A stretch of DNA of 64,000 nt from Dehalococcoidia bacterium (GTDB taxonomy: Bacteria; Chloroflexota; Dehalococcoidia; UBA2979), in assembly GCA_965207415.1 (NCBI GenBank), contig CBDBMD010000003.1, positions 1,062,028-1,126,027 on the forward strand. Reading direction: 5' to 3'. The notes beneath the pieces were generated by a model that was not told where the DNA came from, ran no database searches, and was given only the letters and a program-made list of their open reading frames with translations. The translations under genes and the position numbers were made by a program. Below, piece by piece: positions 50,200 to 59,434 of the stretch; the first letter of the stretch is position 1; each line of letters starts with the position of its first letter.

Positions 50200-51084
50200 T
50201 CAGACCTCGTCGCCGCCGATCGCGTCGAGGAAGCGGGAGCGCGTCTGCGCGTCCGTCTCGAAGGCGCCGGACAGCCAGGTCTCCTCGACGGTTACGCCCT
50301 CGCGCTCGGCGCCGAGGGCGGCGAAGCAGAGGTGCGTTGCGCGGGAGTGGACGGCGACGCCGCGCGTGCGCTCGGCGTCGAACAGCACCTCGCCGATCTC
50401 GCGTGTCATGCGCTGCTGGCTCTGCAGCCTGCGGCTCACGACGCTCACGACCTGGTGCAGCTTGCTCTCGCCGAGCGCACGGTCGTTCGGCAGGTAGGCG
50501 AGGCCGACCGTGCCGAAGAAGGGCAGCAGGTGCTCCTCGCAGGTGCTGAGGAATGCGATGTCGCGCACGACGACCAGCTCCGGCGTCACCTCGCTGAACC
50601 AGTTGAGCGAGGCGCGGAGGTCGACCGGGTCGGAGCGGTAGCCGGCGTAGAGCGTCTTCCACGACTCGACGACGCGGTCGGGCGTGTCCTGCAGTTCGGC
50701 GCGCTGCGGCTCGTCGCCGAGCAGCAGCAGCAGCCGCGTGACGTGGTCGCGGGCATCGGCGTCCAGCCCGGAGTCCAGACCCGCGCGCTCCCAGGGGAAG
50801 AGGTAGTAGGGCTCGCCCTCGTGGCGGGTGACCAGCGCCAGCGTTTCGATGCCGTAGCGGCGGCGCACCCGCTCGGCGGTCCTCCCGGTGTCGATCACGT
50901 CGTCGACGGCGATCGTCGCCTCCTCGGGGGAGAGTGCGACCGGGACGCCGCGCGCGCTGAGCATCGACGAGACGTGGCTGCCGCCGCGCGGCACGCCCCA
51001 GACGACGGCGTCCTCGGCGAGGCGATCGCCGAGCGCCGCGAGCAGGCCCTGCACGTCGTCCCAGTCGAGGATTCGCGTGTCCAC
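50200..51084 (-). CDS. Fusion protein: N-terminal phosphoribosyltransferase-like domain plus C-terminal GTP cyclohydrolase I (FolE-type)
   Basis: Residues 1 to about 100 carry a PRTase PRPP-binding motif (VDDVIDTGRT). Residues from about 110 to the end align with FolE (...RDIAFLSTCEEHLLPFFG...VAVHSRATHLCFAALG...). The CEHH motif reads CEEH. Confidence 0.75.
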   Translation of the reverse strand: MDTRILDWDDVQGLLAALGDRLAEDAVVWGVPRGGSHVSSMLSARGVPVALSPEEATIAVDDVIDTGRTAERVRRRYGIETLALVTRHEGEPYYLFPWERAGLDSGLDADARDHVTRLLLLLGDEPQRAELQDTPDRVVESWKTLYAGYRSDPVDLRASLNWFSEVTPELVVVRDIAFLSTCEEHLLPFFGTVGLAYLPNDRALGESKLHQVVSVVSRRLQSQQRMTREIGEVLFDAERTRGVAVHSRATHLCFAALGAEREGVTVEETWLSGAFETDAQTRSRFLDAIGGDEV

Positions 51085-51099
51085 GTCGCCCGCCTCGCG

Positions 51100-52758
51100 C
51101 TACTGCGCGCCCTCGATCAGTCGCCGCCCGTAGCGCTCGCGAAGCGCGACCTTGTCGAACTTGCCCGTCGAGGTCTTCGGCACCGCGTCGACGCGGATGA
51201 ACTCGGCGGGCAACCACCAGCGCAGGAACTGCGGCTCGATGAACGCGCGCAGCTCCTCGCCGCTGACGCTCGCACCCGGCGCGCAGACGACGGCGGCCAG
51301 CGGGCGCTCGCCCCAGCGCTCGTCCTCGGCGGCGAAGACGGCCGCCTCGACGACGCCGGGGTGCGCCATCAGCGCGTTCTCGAGCGCGACGCTGCTGATC
51401 CACTCGCCGCCGGACTTCACGACGTCGCGCGCGCGGTCGGCGATCAGGATCGAGCCGTGCTCGTCGATCGTCACGATGTCGCCGGTGCGGAACCAGCCGT
51501 CGCCGACGAAGTCGTCGGCGCGATCGACGCCGTAGTAGGCGCGCGCGATCGTCGGCCCTCGCACCTGCAACTCGCCGAGGGCCACCCCGTCCCAGGGCTG
51601 CACGGTGCCGTCCTCGGCGACGTGGCGGAACTGGATCAGCGGCTGCGCGTGGCCCTGCCGGGCGCGGGCGTCCATGGTCGCGGCCTCGTCGAGACCATCG
51701 TGCGCACGCTTGAGGTTGGCGATGCTGCCGAGCGGGTTCATCTCGGTCATGCCCCAGGCGTGCGTGACGTGCAGGCCGTGGCGGTCGAAGCCCTCGATCA
51801 GCGAGGGCGGCGCGGCCGAGCCGCCGATCAGCATCGAGCGCATCGCGGACAGGTCCCACTCGCCGGGCCGCTCGTCGAGCGTGCGCAACACGTCGAGGAA
51901 GACGGTCGGCACGCCGCCGGTGAGGGTGACGCCCTCGTCGGCGAAGAGGCGCAGCAGGGACTCGGCGCTGAGGTCGCGGCCGGGGAAGACCTGCTTCGCG
52001 CCCGCGTAGGTCGCGGCGTAGGGGAGGCCCCAGGCGTTCGCGTGGTACATCGGCACCACCGGCAGGACCGAGTCGCGCTCGTGGACGCCGGCGGTGTCCG
52101 TCATGCAGCTCATCAGCGCCAGCAGCGTCGTCGAGCGGTGGCTGTAGAGCACGCCCTTGGGGCGGCCCGTGGTCCCCGAGGTGTGGCACATCCCCGAGGC
52201 CTGCCGCTCCTCCAGCGGGGGCGGCTCGAACTCCTCGGGCTCGTCCGCGATCAGCTCCTCGTAGTCGCGGTAGCCCTCGGGCGTGGGGCCGTCGTCGGGG
52301 ATCACGATCACGTGCTCCACGGAGACGCGGTCGCGGATCTCCTCGAAGGCGTCGAGCAGCGAGCTGTGGACGAAGAGCACACTGTCGGCGGCGTCGTTGA
52401 CGATGTAGGTCAGCTCGTCCGGGTGCAGGCGCGCGTTGAGCGTATGCACCACCGCGCCGCTCAGCGGCACGGCGAAGTAGAGCTCGAGGTGGCGGTGCTC
52501 GTTCCAGCAGAGCGTCGCCACCCGGTCGCCGGGCTCGATGCCGAGCGTCGCGAGGGCGTTCGCGAGCTTCCTCGTGCGGCGCGCGAAGTCGGCGTAGGTG
52601 TAGCGGTGGATACTGCCGTCGGGGAAGCGGCTGACCAGCTCGTTGCCGGGGAACTGGGTCGCGGCGCGCTCGAACAGCATGGCGAGCGTGAGGGGATGGT
52701 CGTCGCTCATCAGGCTCTGCAGCACGGCGCCCCCTTTCCTCGCGCGTGAGCCTAGCAC
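51100..52758 (-). CDS. AMP-dependent acyl-CoA synthetase/ligase
   Basis: AMP-binding motif HTSGTTGRPKGV, adenylation core, and a C-terminal ...KTSTGKFDK lysine motif. An alternative start is at M17 (about 52710). Confidence 0.85.
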   Translation of the reverse strand: MLGSRARKGGAVLQSLMSDDHPLTLAMLFERAATQFPGNELVSRFPDGSIHRYTYADFARRTRKLANALATLGIEPGDRVATLCWNEHRHLELYFAVPLSGAVVHTLNARLHPDELTYIVNDAADSVLFVHSSLLDAFEEIRDRVSVEHVIVIPDDGPTPEGYRDYEELIADEPEEFEPPPLEERQASGMCHTSGTTGRPKGVLYSHRSTTLLALMSCMTDTAGVHERDSVLPVVPMYHANAWGLPYAATYAGAKQVFPGRDLSAESLLRLFADEGVTLTGGVPTVFLDVLRTLDERPGEWDLSAMRSMLIGGSAAPPSLIEGFDRHGLHVTHAWGMTEMNPLGSIANLKRAHDGLDEAATMDARARQGHAQPLIQFRHVAEDGTVQPWDGVALGELQVRGPTIARAYYGVDRADDFVGDGWFRTGDIVTIDEHGSILIADRARDVVKSGGEWISSVALENALMAHPGVVEAAVFAAEDERWGERPLAAVVCAPGASVSGEELRAFIEPQFLRWWLPAEFIRVDAVPKTSTGKFDKVALRERYGRRLIEGAQ

Positions 52759-52783
52759 CCAGCGGCGCTTGTCTCGCGAGGCG

Positions 52784-53386
52784 TCAGCGCTCGATCAGGC
52801 TGCCGCCGAGGTCGGGCGACGGGCGGTCGAACGGGCGATAGTCGTCGCGGCGGCGGCCGAGCGCGATGAACGCCTGCGGCCGCCAGTCCTCGGGCAGTTC
52901 GAGCACGCGGCGCACCTCGTCGGGCGTGTACAGCGGCGCGGCCATCCAGTAGGCGCCGAGGCCACGCTCGCTGGCCTCGAGCAGCAGGTTCTGCAGCGCC
53001 GCGCCGAAGGAGTGCGCCGCCATCGTCCACTCGGCGCGGGTGCGCTGCTCGTCCGGGTAGACGTTCAGCCCTTCGCCGACGAGGCAGCCGAGCAGCAGCG
53101 TCGGGGCGCCCTCGATGCGGCCGCGCGAGCGCTCGAGAGCGCGGCGGCGCACGGCCTCGTCGAGGCCGTCGCGGACCATGTCCGCCTCCCAGGCCGCGCC
53201 CATCGCAGCGGCCAGCTCGGCGCGGCGCTGCTGCGAGATCGAGGCGAAGCGCCAGGGGCGCGTGTGGTGCGGGGCGGGCGCAAGCAGCGCCAGCTCGACC
53301 AGCGCCTCGATCTCCTCGCGGCTGAGCGGCGGGCCCTGCAGGCCGCGGATCGAGCGGCGGCGGCGCAGCGCGTCGGCGAGGCTCAT
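52784..53386 (-). CDS. Nitroreductase family protein
   Basis: N-terminal RRSIRGL FMN-binding motif and a nitroreductase fold. 200 aa. Confidence 0.8.
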   Translation of the reverse strand: MSLADALRRRRSIRGLQGPPLSREEIEALVELALLAPAPHHTRPWRFASISQQRRAELAAAMGAAWEADMVRDGLDEAVRRRALERSRGRIEGAPTLLLGCLVGEGLNVYPDEQRTRAEWTMAAHSFGAALQNLLLEASERGLGAYWMAAPLYTPDEVRRVLELPEDWRPQAFIALGRRRDDYRPFDRPSPDLGGSLIER

Positions 53387-53457
53387 CGGGGCTCCGATCT
53401 CGCGGCTGCTAGCATGGCGCGCGGCGCAGAGCGCAGGCAGCGAGGGGGTACGACACG

Positions 53458-53835
53458 ATGCGGATCACGCGCATCTACACCGGCGACGACGGCGAATCGC
53501 ACTTCGAGGACATCGAGATCAACTTCACGGCGGCGATGGGGCTCGGCAAGCGCACGGAGCACCTCCCGGCGGAGAGCATCAGCATGCGCGAGGCCGATGT
53601 CGAGAACGTGATGGACTGGCACGTCGCGCCTCGCCGCCAGTTCGTGATCAACGTCGCCGGCCGGGCCGAGATGGAGTGCGGCGACGGCACGAAGCGCCAG
53701 CTCGGCCCCGGCGACGTGCTGCTGGCCGACGACCTGACGGGCCGCGGCCACATCACCCGCACGGTCGAGTTGCCGCGGCGTTCGGTCGTGGTGCCCGTAC
53801 CGGACGACTTCGACGTGGACGCCCTGCGCGCGTAG
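53458..53835 (+). CDS. Cupin domain protein
   Basis: 125 aa with a small double-stranded beta-helix pattern (...HVAPRRQFVINVAGRAEMECGDGTKRQLGPGDVLL...). Confidence 0.7.
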   Translation: MRITRIYTGDDGESHFEDIEINFTAAMGLGKRTEHLPAESISMREADVENVMDWHVAPRRQFVINVAGRAEMECGDGTKRQLGPGDVLLADDLTGRGHITRTVELPRRSVVVPVPDDFDVDALRA

Positions 53836-53883
53836 ACAGCGCATCGAGGCAGCCCCGGCCCGCGGCGCTCGCGTCGTTCGCCG

Positions 53884-55209
53884 CTAGGTCGCGGCGACCT
53901 CGACGGGCTGGTTCGTTGCGGGATTCACCTCGAAGGGGCTGTGCAGCTCCAGCGAGGCCCCGATCTCGCGCACGGCGGGGAGCACCTCCTCGCCCATCAG
54001 CTTCATGCTGCGCATCTGGTCCTCGTGGCTCATCGCCCCCTCGCCGTCCCAGAGGATGATCGTTCCGGGCCGCAGCAGTTCGAGGATGTAGCGCAGCTTC
54101 TCGATCACCGTCTTCGGCGACCCGGTGATGATCGTCATGCGCTCGACTTGCTGCTCGTAGGTGCCGGCGGAGCGCTCGATCGTCGAGAGCTCCTTGCTGC
54201 TCTCGGGCGGCGCGGCGAGGCCGCGCGAGTAGGCGGTGGCGCGGTTGAGCGCGGCGGCCGGCATCGTGCGGTTGCGCGGCGCAAGCCCGGGCAGGTTCTG
54301 CAGGTGGCGATGGACGCCGCCCTGGTTGCCCTCGAGGAAGGGGTTGGGCGGCCCCTGGATGTACTTGCGGCCGACCTCGAAGGCGAGCTCGTCGGTCGCC
54401 TCGACGTGGACCTTGAAGAGGTAGCCGCGGTGCTGCGGGCCGGCTTCGTAACCGTGCTCGCGGGCGTGCTCGTCGTAGAACTCGAAGGACTGGCGCGTCG
54501 CCTCGGGGGCGGTTGCGAGCATCACGTAGGGGTAGCGGTGTGCGGCCGCCCAGTCCGTGCTTTCCTTGCTGCCGCCGCCGGGAATCCAGATCGGCGGGTG
54601 CGGCTGCTGGTAGGGGCGCGTGAAGGGGTTCACGTAGCGGTAGTTGTAGTGCTCGCCCTCCCAGCGGAAGGGGCCGGGCCTCGTCCAGGCCTCGACGATG
54701 AAGTCGTGCGCCTCCTCGAAGCGCTGGCGGTTGAACGGGGGCTGGGCGTTGTGCGAGACGCTCTCGCGCCCCGAGCCGTGCACCCAGCCGGTGACGAGGC
54801 GGCCGCGCGAGATCATGTCGATCTCGGCCAGCGACTCGGCGAGCCAGAGCGGGTCCTCCCAGATCGGCAGGATGTTGCCGAGCAGCAGGATCCGCGGCTT
54901 CTTCGTGATCCTCGCGAGGATCGCGGCCTCCACGTTCATTACGCCGCCCATGCAGGCGGGCGTGCTGTGGTGCTCGTTGAGCATCAGCGCGTCGAAGCCG
55001 GCCTCCTCGGCGGCGAGCTTCTCGTCGAGGTAGCGGTGGTAGAGCATCGAGCCGAGGCGCGGGTCGTAGTCCTTGTTGCTGAGGCCGAGGTCGAAGTAGG
55101 CCTCGCGGGTGGTGGAGCCGAAGAAGCCGTGCTCCTCGTCCTGGTAGGGCCGCTCCGTGAAATGCCCGATCAGCACAGTCCCCACCCCTCTCGCGTCGCC
55201 CGCGACCAT
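53884..55209 (-). CDS. LLM class flavin-dependent oxidoreductase (luciferase-like monooxygenase)
   Basis: TIM-barrel LLM fold (...ALMLNEHHSTP...). Start at the internal ATG at 55209 (MVAGDARGVGTVLIGHFTERPYQD). The ORF extends to 55452 through Arg-rich non-conserved sequence. Confidence 0.8.
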   Translation of the reverse strand: MVAGDARGVGTVLIGHFTERPYQDEEHGFFGSTTREAYFDLGLSNKDYDPRLGSMLYHRYLDEKLAAEEAGFDALMLNEHHSTPACMGGVMNVEAAILARITKKPRILLLGNILPIWEDPLWLAESLAEIDMISRGRLVTGWVHGSGRESVSHNAQPPFNRQRFEEAHDFIVEAWTRPGPFRWEGEHYNYRYVNPFTRPYQQPHPPIWIPGGGSKESTDWAAAHRYPYVMLATAPEATRQSFEFYDEHAREHGYEAGPQHRGYLFKVHVEATDELAFEVGRKYIQGPPNPFLEGNQGGVHRHLQNLPGLAPRNRTMPAAALNRATAYSRGLAAPPESSKELSTIERSAGTYEQQVERMTIITGSPKTVIEKLRYILELLRPGTIILWDGEGAMSHEDQMRSMKLMGEEVLPAVREIGASLELHSPFEVNPATNQPVEVAAT

Positions 55210-55295
55210 CGCTCGCGGACGTTCACGGCCCTCGTGGGCCGCGGCTACGGTACCATCCCGGCGCGCCGCATCGCTGGCGCGGAACGGGGGCGGAG

Positions 55296-56204
55296 ATGGA
55301 ACTGGGCGTCGTCTTTCCGACGAACGAGATGGGCACCGACCCGATCGCGATCCGCGACTACGCGCAGGCCGCCGAGGACCTCGGCTACACCCGCCTCGTC
55401 GCCTACGACCACGTCCTCGGCGCACACCCCGATCGCCCCGAGGGCGGCGCATGGCTCGGCCCCTACGGACGACGCGTCACGCCGCCCTACACGCACGAGA
55501 ACGCCTTCCACGAGCCGTTCGTGTTGTTCGGCTTCCTCGCCGGGCTGACGAGCAACCTCGAGTTCATGACCGGCGTGCTGGTGCTGCCGCAGCGGCAGAC
55601 CGCGCTCGTCGCCAAGCAGTGCGCGCAGATCGACATCCTCGCGGGCGGCGGGCGGCTGATCCTCGGCGTCGGTGTCGGCTGGAACTCGGTCGAGTTCGAG
55701 GCGTTGGGCGAGAGCTACCGCACACGCGGGCGGCGCATGGAGGAGCAGATCGGGCTGCTGCGGCAGCTCTGGAGCGAGCCCGTCATCAGCTTCGAGGGCG
55801 ACTTCGACCGCGTCACCAAGGCCGGGCTGAACCCGCTGCCCGAGCGCCCGATCCCGATCTGGATCGGCGCGATGGCAGATGTCGCCGTCGAGCGCGCCGG
55901 CCGCCTCGCCGACGGCTGGCACGTCCCGCGCGCCTACCGCGGCGACCCCGAGCGGATCGCCCTCGAGGCGCAGAAGTTCTTCGGCGCCGCCCGCGCCGCC
56001 GGACGCGACCCCTCGACGCTCGGCCTCAGCAGCAACCTGCACGTCGTGGGCCTCGACCCGCACCAGCAGCTCGAGCTGGCCGAAGGGGCGGAGGCCGCGG
56101 GCGTCACGCACCTGCACATCAGCACCATGGAGCAGGGCTACACGCCGGAGCAGCACCTCAGCGCGATCCGCGACTTCGCCGAGCAGTACGGCGTGGGCGC
56201 GTAG
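55296..56204 (+). CDS. LLM class F420-dependent oxidoreductase
   Basis: 302-aa LLM fold. MELGVVFPTNEM... is the typical N-terminus of the F420-dependent subgroup. Confidence 0.8.
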   Translation: MELGVVFPTNEMGTDPIAIRDYAQAAEDLGYTRLVAYDHVLGAHPDRPEGGAWLGPYGRRVTPPYTHENAFHEPFVLFGFLAGLTSNLEFMTGVLVLPQRQTALVAKQCAQIDILAGGGRLILGVGVGWNSVEFEALGESYRTRGRRMEEQIGLLRQLWSEPVISFEGDFDRVTKAGLNPLPERPIPIWIGAMADVAVERAGRLADGWHVPRAYRGDPERIALEAQKFFGAARAAGRDPSTLGLSSNLHVVGLDPHQQLELAEGAEAAGVTHLHISTMEQGYTPEQHLSAIRDFAEQYGVGA

Positions 56205-56222
56205 CCCGGCGCGGCGAGCAGC

Positions 56223-56645
56223 GTGCCCGTTCCCGACCTCGACGACTGGCGGCGCCGCTGGCAGCGCCCGATCCTCCAGCGCCTCGGCATCCGCGGCGAC
56301 AGCGTCGAGCACGGCTACGCGCGGATGCGCGTCGATCGCCCCGAAGACGCCGACGAGCTGCTGTACCGCAGCTCGCTCACGATCGCCGCGGACCTGGCGG
56401 CGATCTCCGCCGTCACCTCGCAGCTCGAGGACGGCGTGCAGCTCGCCAACGGCACCGCCGAGCTGCACCTCTCGTTCATCGACACGCCGGGCGGCCTGCC
56501 GGACGCCGTCGAGGTGAGCGCGCGCGTCGCGGACTGGGCGGACTACTCCACGCACCTCGATCTCGAGGCGCGCGCGCCCGGCGGCGAGCTGGTGGCGCGC
56601 GGGCTGACCACCTACTCGCTGCGGCCGGTGGCGGGGGCCTCGTGA
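56223..56645 (+). CDS. PaaI-family hotdog thioesterase
   Basis: About 140-aa hotdog fold. GTG start. Its stop overlaps the next gene start. Confidence 0.7.
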   Translation: MPVPDLDDWRRRWQRPILQRLGIRGDSVEHGYARMRVDRPEDADELLYRSSLTIAADLAAISAVTSQLEDGVQLANGTAELHLSFIDTPGGLPDAVEVSARVADWADYSTHLDLEARAPGGELVARGLTTYSLRPVAGAS

Positions 56646-57079
56646 GCGCCGTCGGCACGGCGGCCGGGCCGCTCTTCGATGTCTTCGGCATCGAGGTCGA
56701 GGAGCTGCGCGAGGGCTACGCGCGCCTGGCAGTCGAGCGCTCGCGGATGCCGCTGCGCGGGGTCCGCAACTCGCTCAACGGGGGTGTCGTCGCCTCGCTC
56801 GCGGACGCGGCGATGCAGCTCTGCACCGGCACCGTGCTGAGGCCGGGTGAGCGGCCGGGGCCGACGCTCGAGTTGAGCGTCTCCTACCTCTCTTCGGCGC
56901 GGGGAGAGCGCACGATCGCCGAGGCGCGGCTGCTGCGCCGCGGCGGCCGCCTCGCCGTCGGCGACGTGGAATTGCGCGATGCCTCGGACGGAGCGATCAA
57001 CGCGAAGGCGCGAGTCACCTGCGGCATCCGCCGCGACGAAGAAACAGGCAACAGCGAACCCATGGGAGGCGACCAATGA
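56642..57079 (+). CDS. PaaI-family hotdog thioesterase (second copy)
   Basis: 145-aa hotdog fold with the ...NSLNGGVVASLADAAM... motif region. GTG overlapping the previous stop (GTGA). It is the C-terminal part of the long 55157..57079 ORF. Confidence 0.7.
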   Translation: MSAVGTAAGPLFDVFGIEVEELREGYARLAVERSRMPLRGVRNSLNGGVVASLADAAMQLCTGTVLRPGERPGPTLELSVSYLSSARGERTIAEARLLRRGGRLAVGDVELRDASDGAINAKARVTCGIRRDEETGNSEPMGGDQ

Positions 57080-58248
57080 CGGAGCAGACGGAGCAGAAGC
57101 CGCGCTGGGCGGTCGAGGGCGTGCTCAGCGACGAGATGCTGGACCGGCACCGCACGCGGCTCGGCCGCAGCTGGGAGGCCGAGGGCCTGCTCGACCGCTC
57201 GGCGATCGACATCTTCGCGCGCGCGATCGGCGACTCCAACCCGCTCTGGCAGGACCCGGCGTACGCCGCCTCCGGTCCGTTCGGCGCCCTGGTGGCGCCG
57301 CCCGGCGCGCTCTACCGCATCCACCTCGGCAACGCGATGCACGGCCTGCGCGGGGTGATGGGCTACAACATCGGCACCGCCTGGGAGCTGCTCGCGCCCA
57401 TCTACGAGGGCGACACGATCCGCACCTCGATCGTCTTCGACGAGATCCAGGAGCGGGACGAGTCGCGCTTCGCCCAGCGCTCGATCATCGAGCACTACCG
57501 GGGCGACTGGACGAACCAGCGCGGCGAGGTGGTCGCGCGCTCGCACGTGCGCAACCTGCGCGTCGAGCGCAGCAGCACGCGCCGCAAGGGCCGCGACACG
57601 CGCCTCGAAGTGCCGCACCCCTGGACGGACGAAGAGCGGCTCGCGATCGAGGAAGCCTCGGCGCGGGAGCCCGAGCAGATCCGCGGGAGCGAACCACTGT
57701 GGTGGGAGGATGTCGAGGAGGACACCGCGCTGGAGACGCTGGTCAAGGGCCCGCTGCGCATGTGGGACATGATCTGCTGGTTCTCCGCGCGCGCCATCCT
57801 CAACGGCTACTCGCGCTCGATCCGCGGCATCCTCGACACCCCCGCGCTCGGGATGCTGCATCCGGCGAGCAACTCCCGCGAGCCGATCGAGATCGTGCAC
57901 GTGGACAACGAGGCGGCCCGCACCGCCGGGCTGCCCGGCGCCTACGACCTCGGCGCGGCGCGCCAGTCCTACCAGTTGCAATCGCTGATCCACGCGGTCG
58001 GCGACGACGCCTGGATCAAGCACAACTCCTGCGACTACCGGCGCTTCGTCTACCTCGGTGACGCGATGACGTTCCAGAACACCGTCACGCGCAAGTTCGT
58101 CGACGACGACGGCGAGCACTGCATCGAGGTGCACGGCTCGGTCTTCAACCAGCGCAAGGAGGACGTGATGCCCTCGCGCTCGGTGATCGCGCTGCCCAGC
58201 CGCGAGGAGGAGACGACGCCGGCACGGCGGCGCGCCCGCGCGAGCTGA
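57076..58248 (+). CDS. MaoC-family (R-specific) enoyl-CoA hydratase/dehydratase, double-hotdog
   Basis: 390 aa with two hotdog halves. MaoC dehydratase motifs are in the N-terminal half. Start overlaps the previous stop. Confidence 0.8.
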   Translation: MTEQTEQKPRWAVEGVLSDEMLDRHRTRLGRSWEAEGLLDRSAIDIFARAIGDSNPLWQDPAYAASGPFGALVAPPGALYRIHLGNAMHGLRGVMGYNIGTAWELLAPIYEGDTIRTSIVFDEIQERDESRFAQRSIIEHYRGDWTNQRGEVVARSHVRNLRVERSSTRRKGRDTRLEVPHPWTDEERLAIEEASAREPEQIRGSEPLWWEDVEEDTALETLVKGPLRMWDMICWFSARAILNGYSRSIRGILDTPALGMLHPASNSREPIEIVHVDNEAARTAGLPGAYDLGAARQSYQLQSLIHAVGDDAWIKHNSCDYRRFVYLGDAMTFQNTVTRKFVDDDGEHCIEVHGSVFNQRKEDVMPSRSVIALPSREEETTPARRRARAS

Positions 58249-58343
58249 GGCGTCCGATAGCACTTCCCGGCCCCCGGCTTCGGCCACATCGCGCGCATCG
58301 AGGGCAAGCGCACCTGTAGCGCCTCAAGGCGCGCGTCAGCGGG

Positions 58344-59345
58344 TCAGGCGAGCAGCGACTCCAGCACGCGGCCGACCTCGCGCGGGTCGCCCTCCGGCAT
58401 GTAGAGCATCTGCACGTCCGCGCCGAGGCGGGCACGCTCGGCGAGGCGCTCGCGCACCTCTTCGATCGGCCCAATCACCTGGATGCCGGCGATCATCTCG
58501 TCGCTGAGCGCGGCCAGCGAGGCCTCGCGGTCGCGCTCGCCCCACGCCGCCCTCGAGGCGGCGACCTCGTCGGCGTGGCCGCCGCGGGTGAGCATCTGCC
58601 AGTAGAAGTCGCCCATGCGGTTCACGTAGTGGTGCACGTGCGCGCGGGCCGCCATCCACTTGCGCTCGTCCTCGTCGGCGTTGCCGTCGAGCACGAAGAC
58701 GTTGGTGAACGGCGCGATCGTGATCTCCGAGGCGTCGCGACCGGCGCTGCTCGCGCCTTCCTCGAGCTGCTCGCGCAGCTGCGGGAGCAGTCGCGTCGGC
58801 CAGTGGATCGGCAGGATGCCGTCGGCGATCTCGCCGGTCTGGCGAATCGAGCGAGGGGTGATCGCGGCGATCCAGACGGGGACGCGGTCACGCACGCGCG
58901 GGAAGTCGAGGCGGAAGCCGCGCTGGAGCTGGAACAGCTCGCCCTCGTACTCCAGCCGCTGGCCGGCCATCAGCAGCTGGAAGATCTCGACGTACTCGCG
59001 GATGCGGCGCAGCGGCCGCTCGAACGGCACACCGAAGAAGTCCTCGATCACGAGGTGCCCGGAGGAGCCGAGGCCGAGCACCATCCGCCCGTCGGAGATC
59101 TGTTCGAGCCGAGCGAACTCCTGCGCGAGCGTGGCCGGGCTGCGCGAGAAGACGTTGAGAATCGAGGGCAGGATCGTCGCGCGCTCGGTGTGCTCGGCGA
59201 GCAGCGTGAGCCAGGGAATCGCGGAGGGGCCCCAGGACTCGCCGCCGCTGGTGATGTACTCGACGCCGAGGTCCTCGGCGATCCGCACCTTCTCCAGCGT
59301 TTCCCGCCAGTCCTCCTCCATCGGCGCCTGCAGTCCGAGCTTCAT
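58344..59345 (-). CDS. LLM class F420-dependent oxidoreductase
   Basis: 333-aa LLM fold. MKLGLQAP... N-terminus. Confidence 0.8.
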   Translation of the reverse strand: MKLGLQAPMEEDWRETLEKVRIAEDLGVEYITSGGESWGPSAIPWLTLLAEHTERATILPSILNVFSRSPATLAQEFARLEQISDGRMVLGLGSSGHLVIEDFFGVPFERPLRRIREYVEIFQLLMAGQRLEYEGELFQLQRGFRLDFPRVRDRVPVWIAAITPRSIRQTGEIADGILPIHWPTRLLPQLREQLEEGASSAGRDASEITIAPFTNVFVLDGNADEDERKWMAARAHVHHYVNRMGDFYWQMLTRGGHADEVAASRAAWGERDREASLAALSDEMIAGIQVIGPIEEVRERLAERARLGADVQMLYMPEGDPREVGRVLESLLA

Positions 59346-59434
59346 CGCGGCCCCCTCTCGCGCGCCGTCGCGCGCGGGCGGATTCTAGCCCGCCGCCGCG
59401 TAGCGGGGAGCCGCCACCGCCCTCGCGCGCTACC

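Noticed and set aside
47339-52749. ORFs 47339..49282(-), 48655..50037(-), 50150..52189(-) and 50332..52749(+), plus the N-terminal 435 aa of ORF 47386..50190
   Set aside because: They overlap the conserved ACAD, kinase, FolE-fusion and acyl-CoA ligase genes. Only the 48691..50190 portion of the 934-aa ORF is real (the kinase, in frame with a GTG overlapping the ACAD stop).
53941-58287. ORFs 53941..55548(+), 55245..56555(-), 56884..58287(-), and the N-terminal part of 55157..57079(+)
   Set aside because: Antisense or alternate-frame to conserved LLM, thioesterase and MaoC genes.
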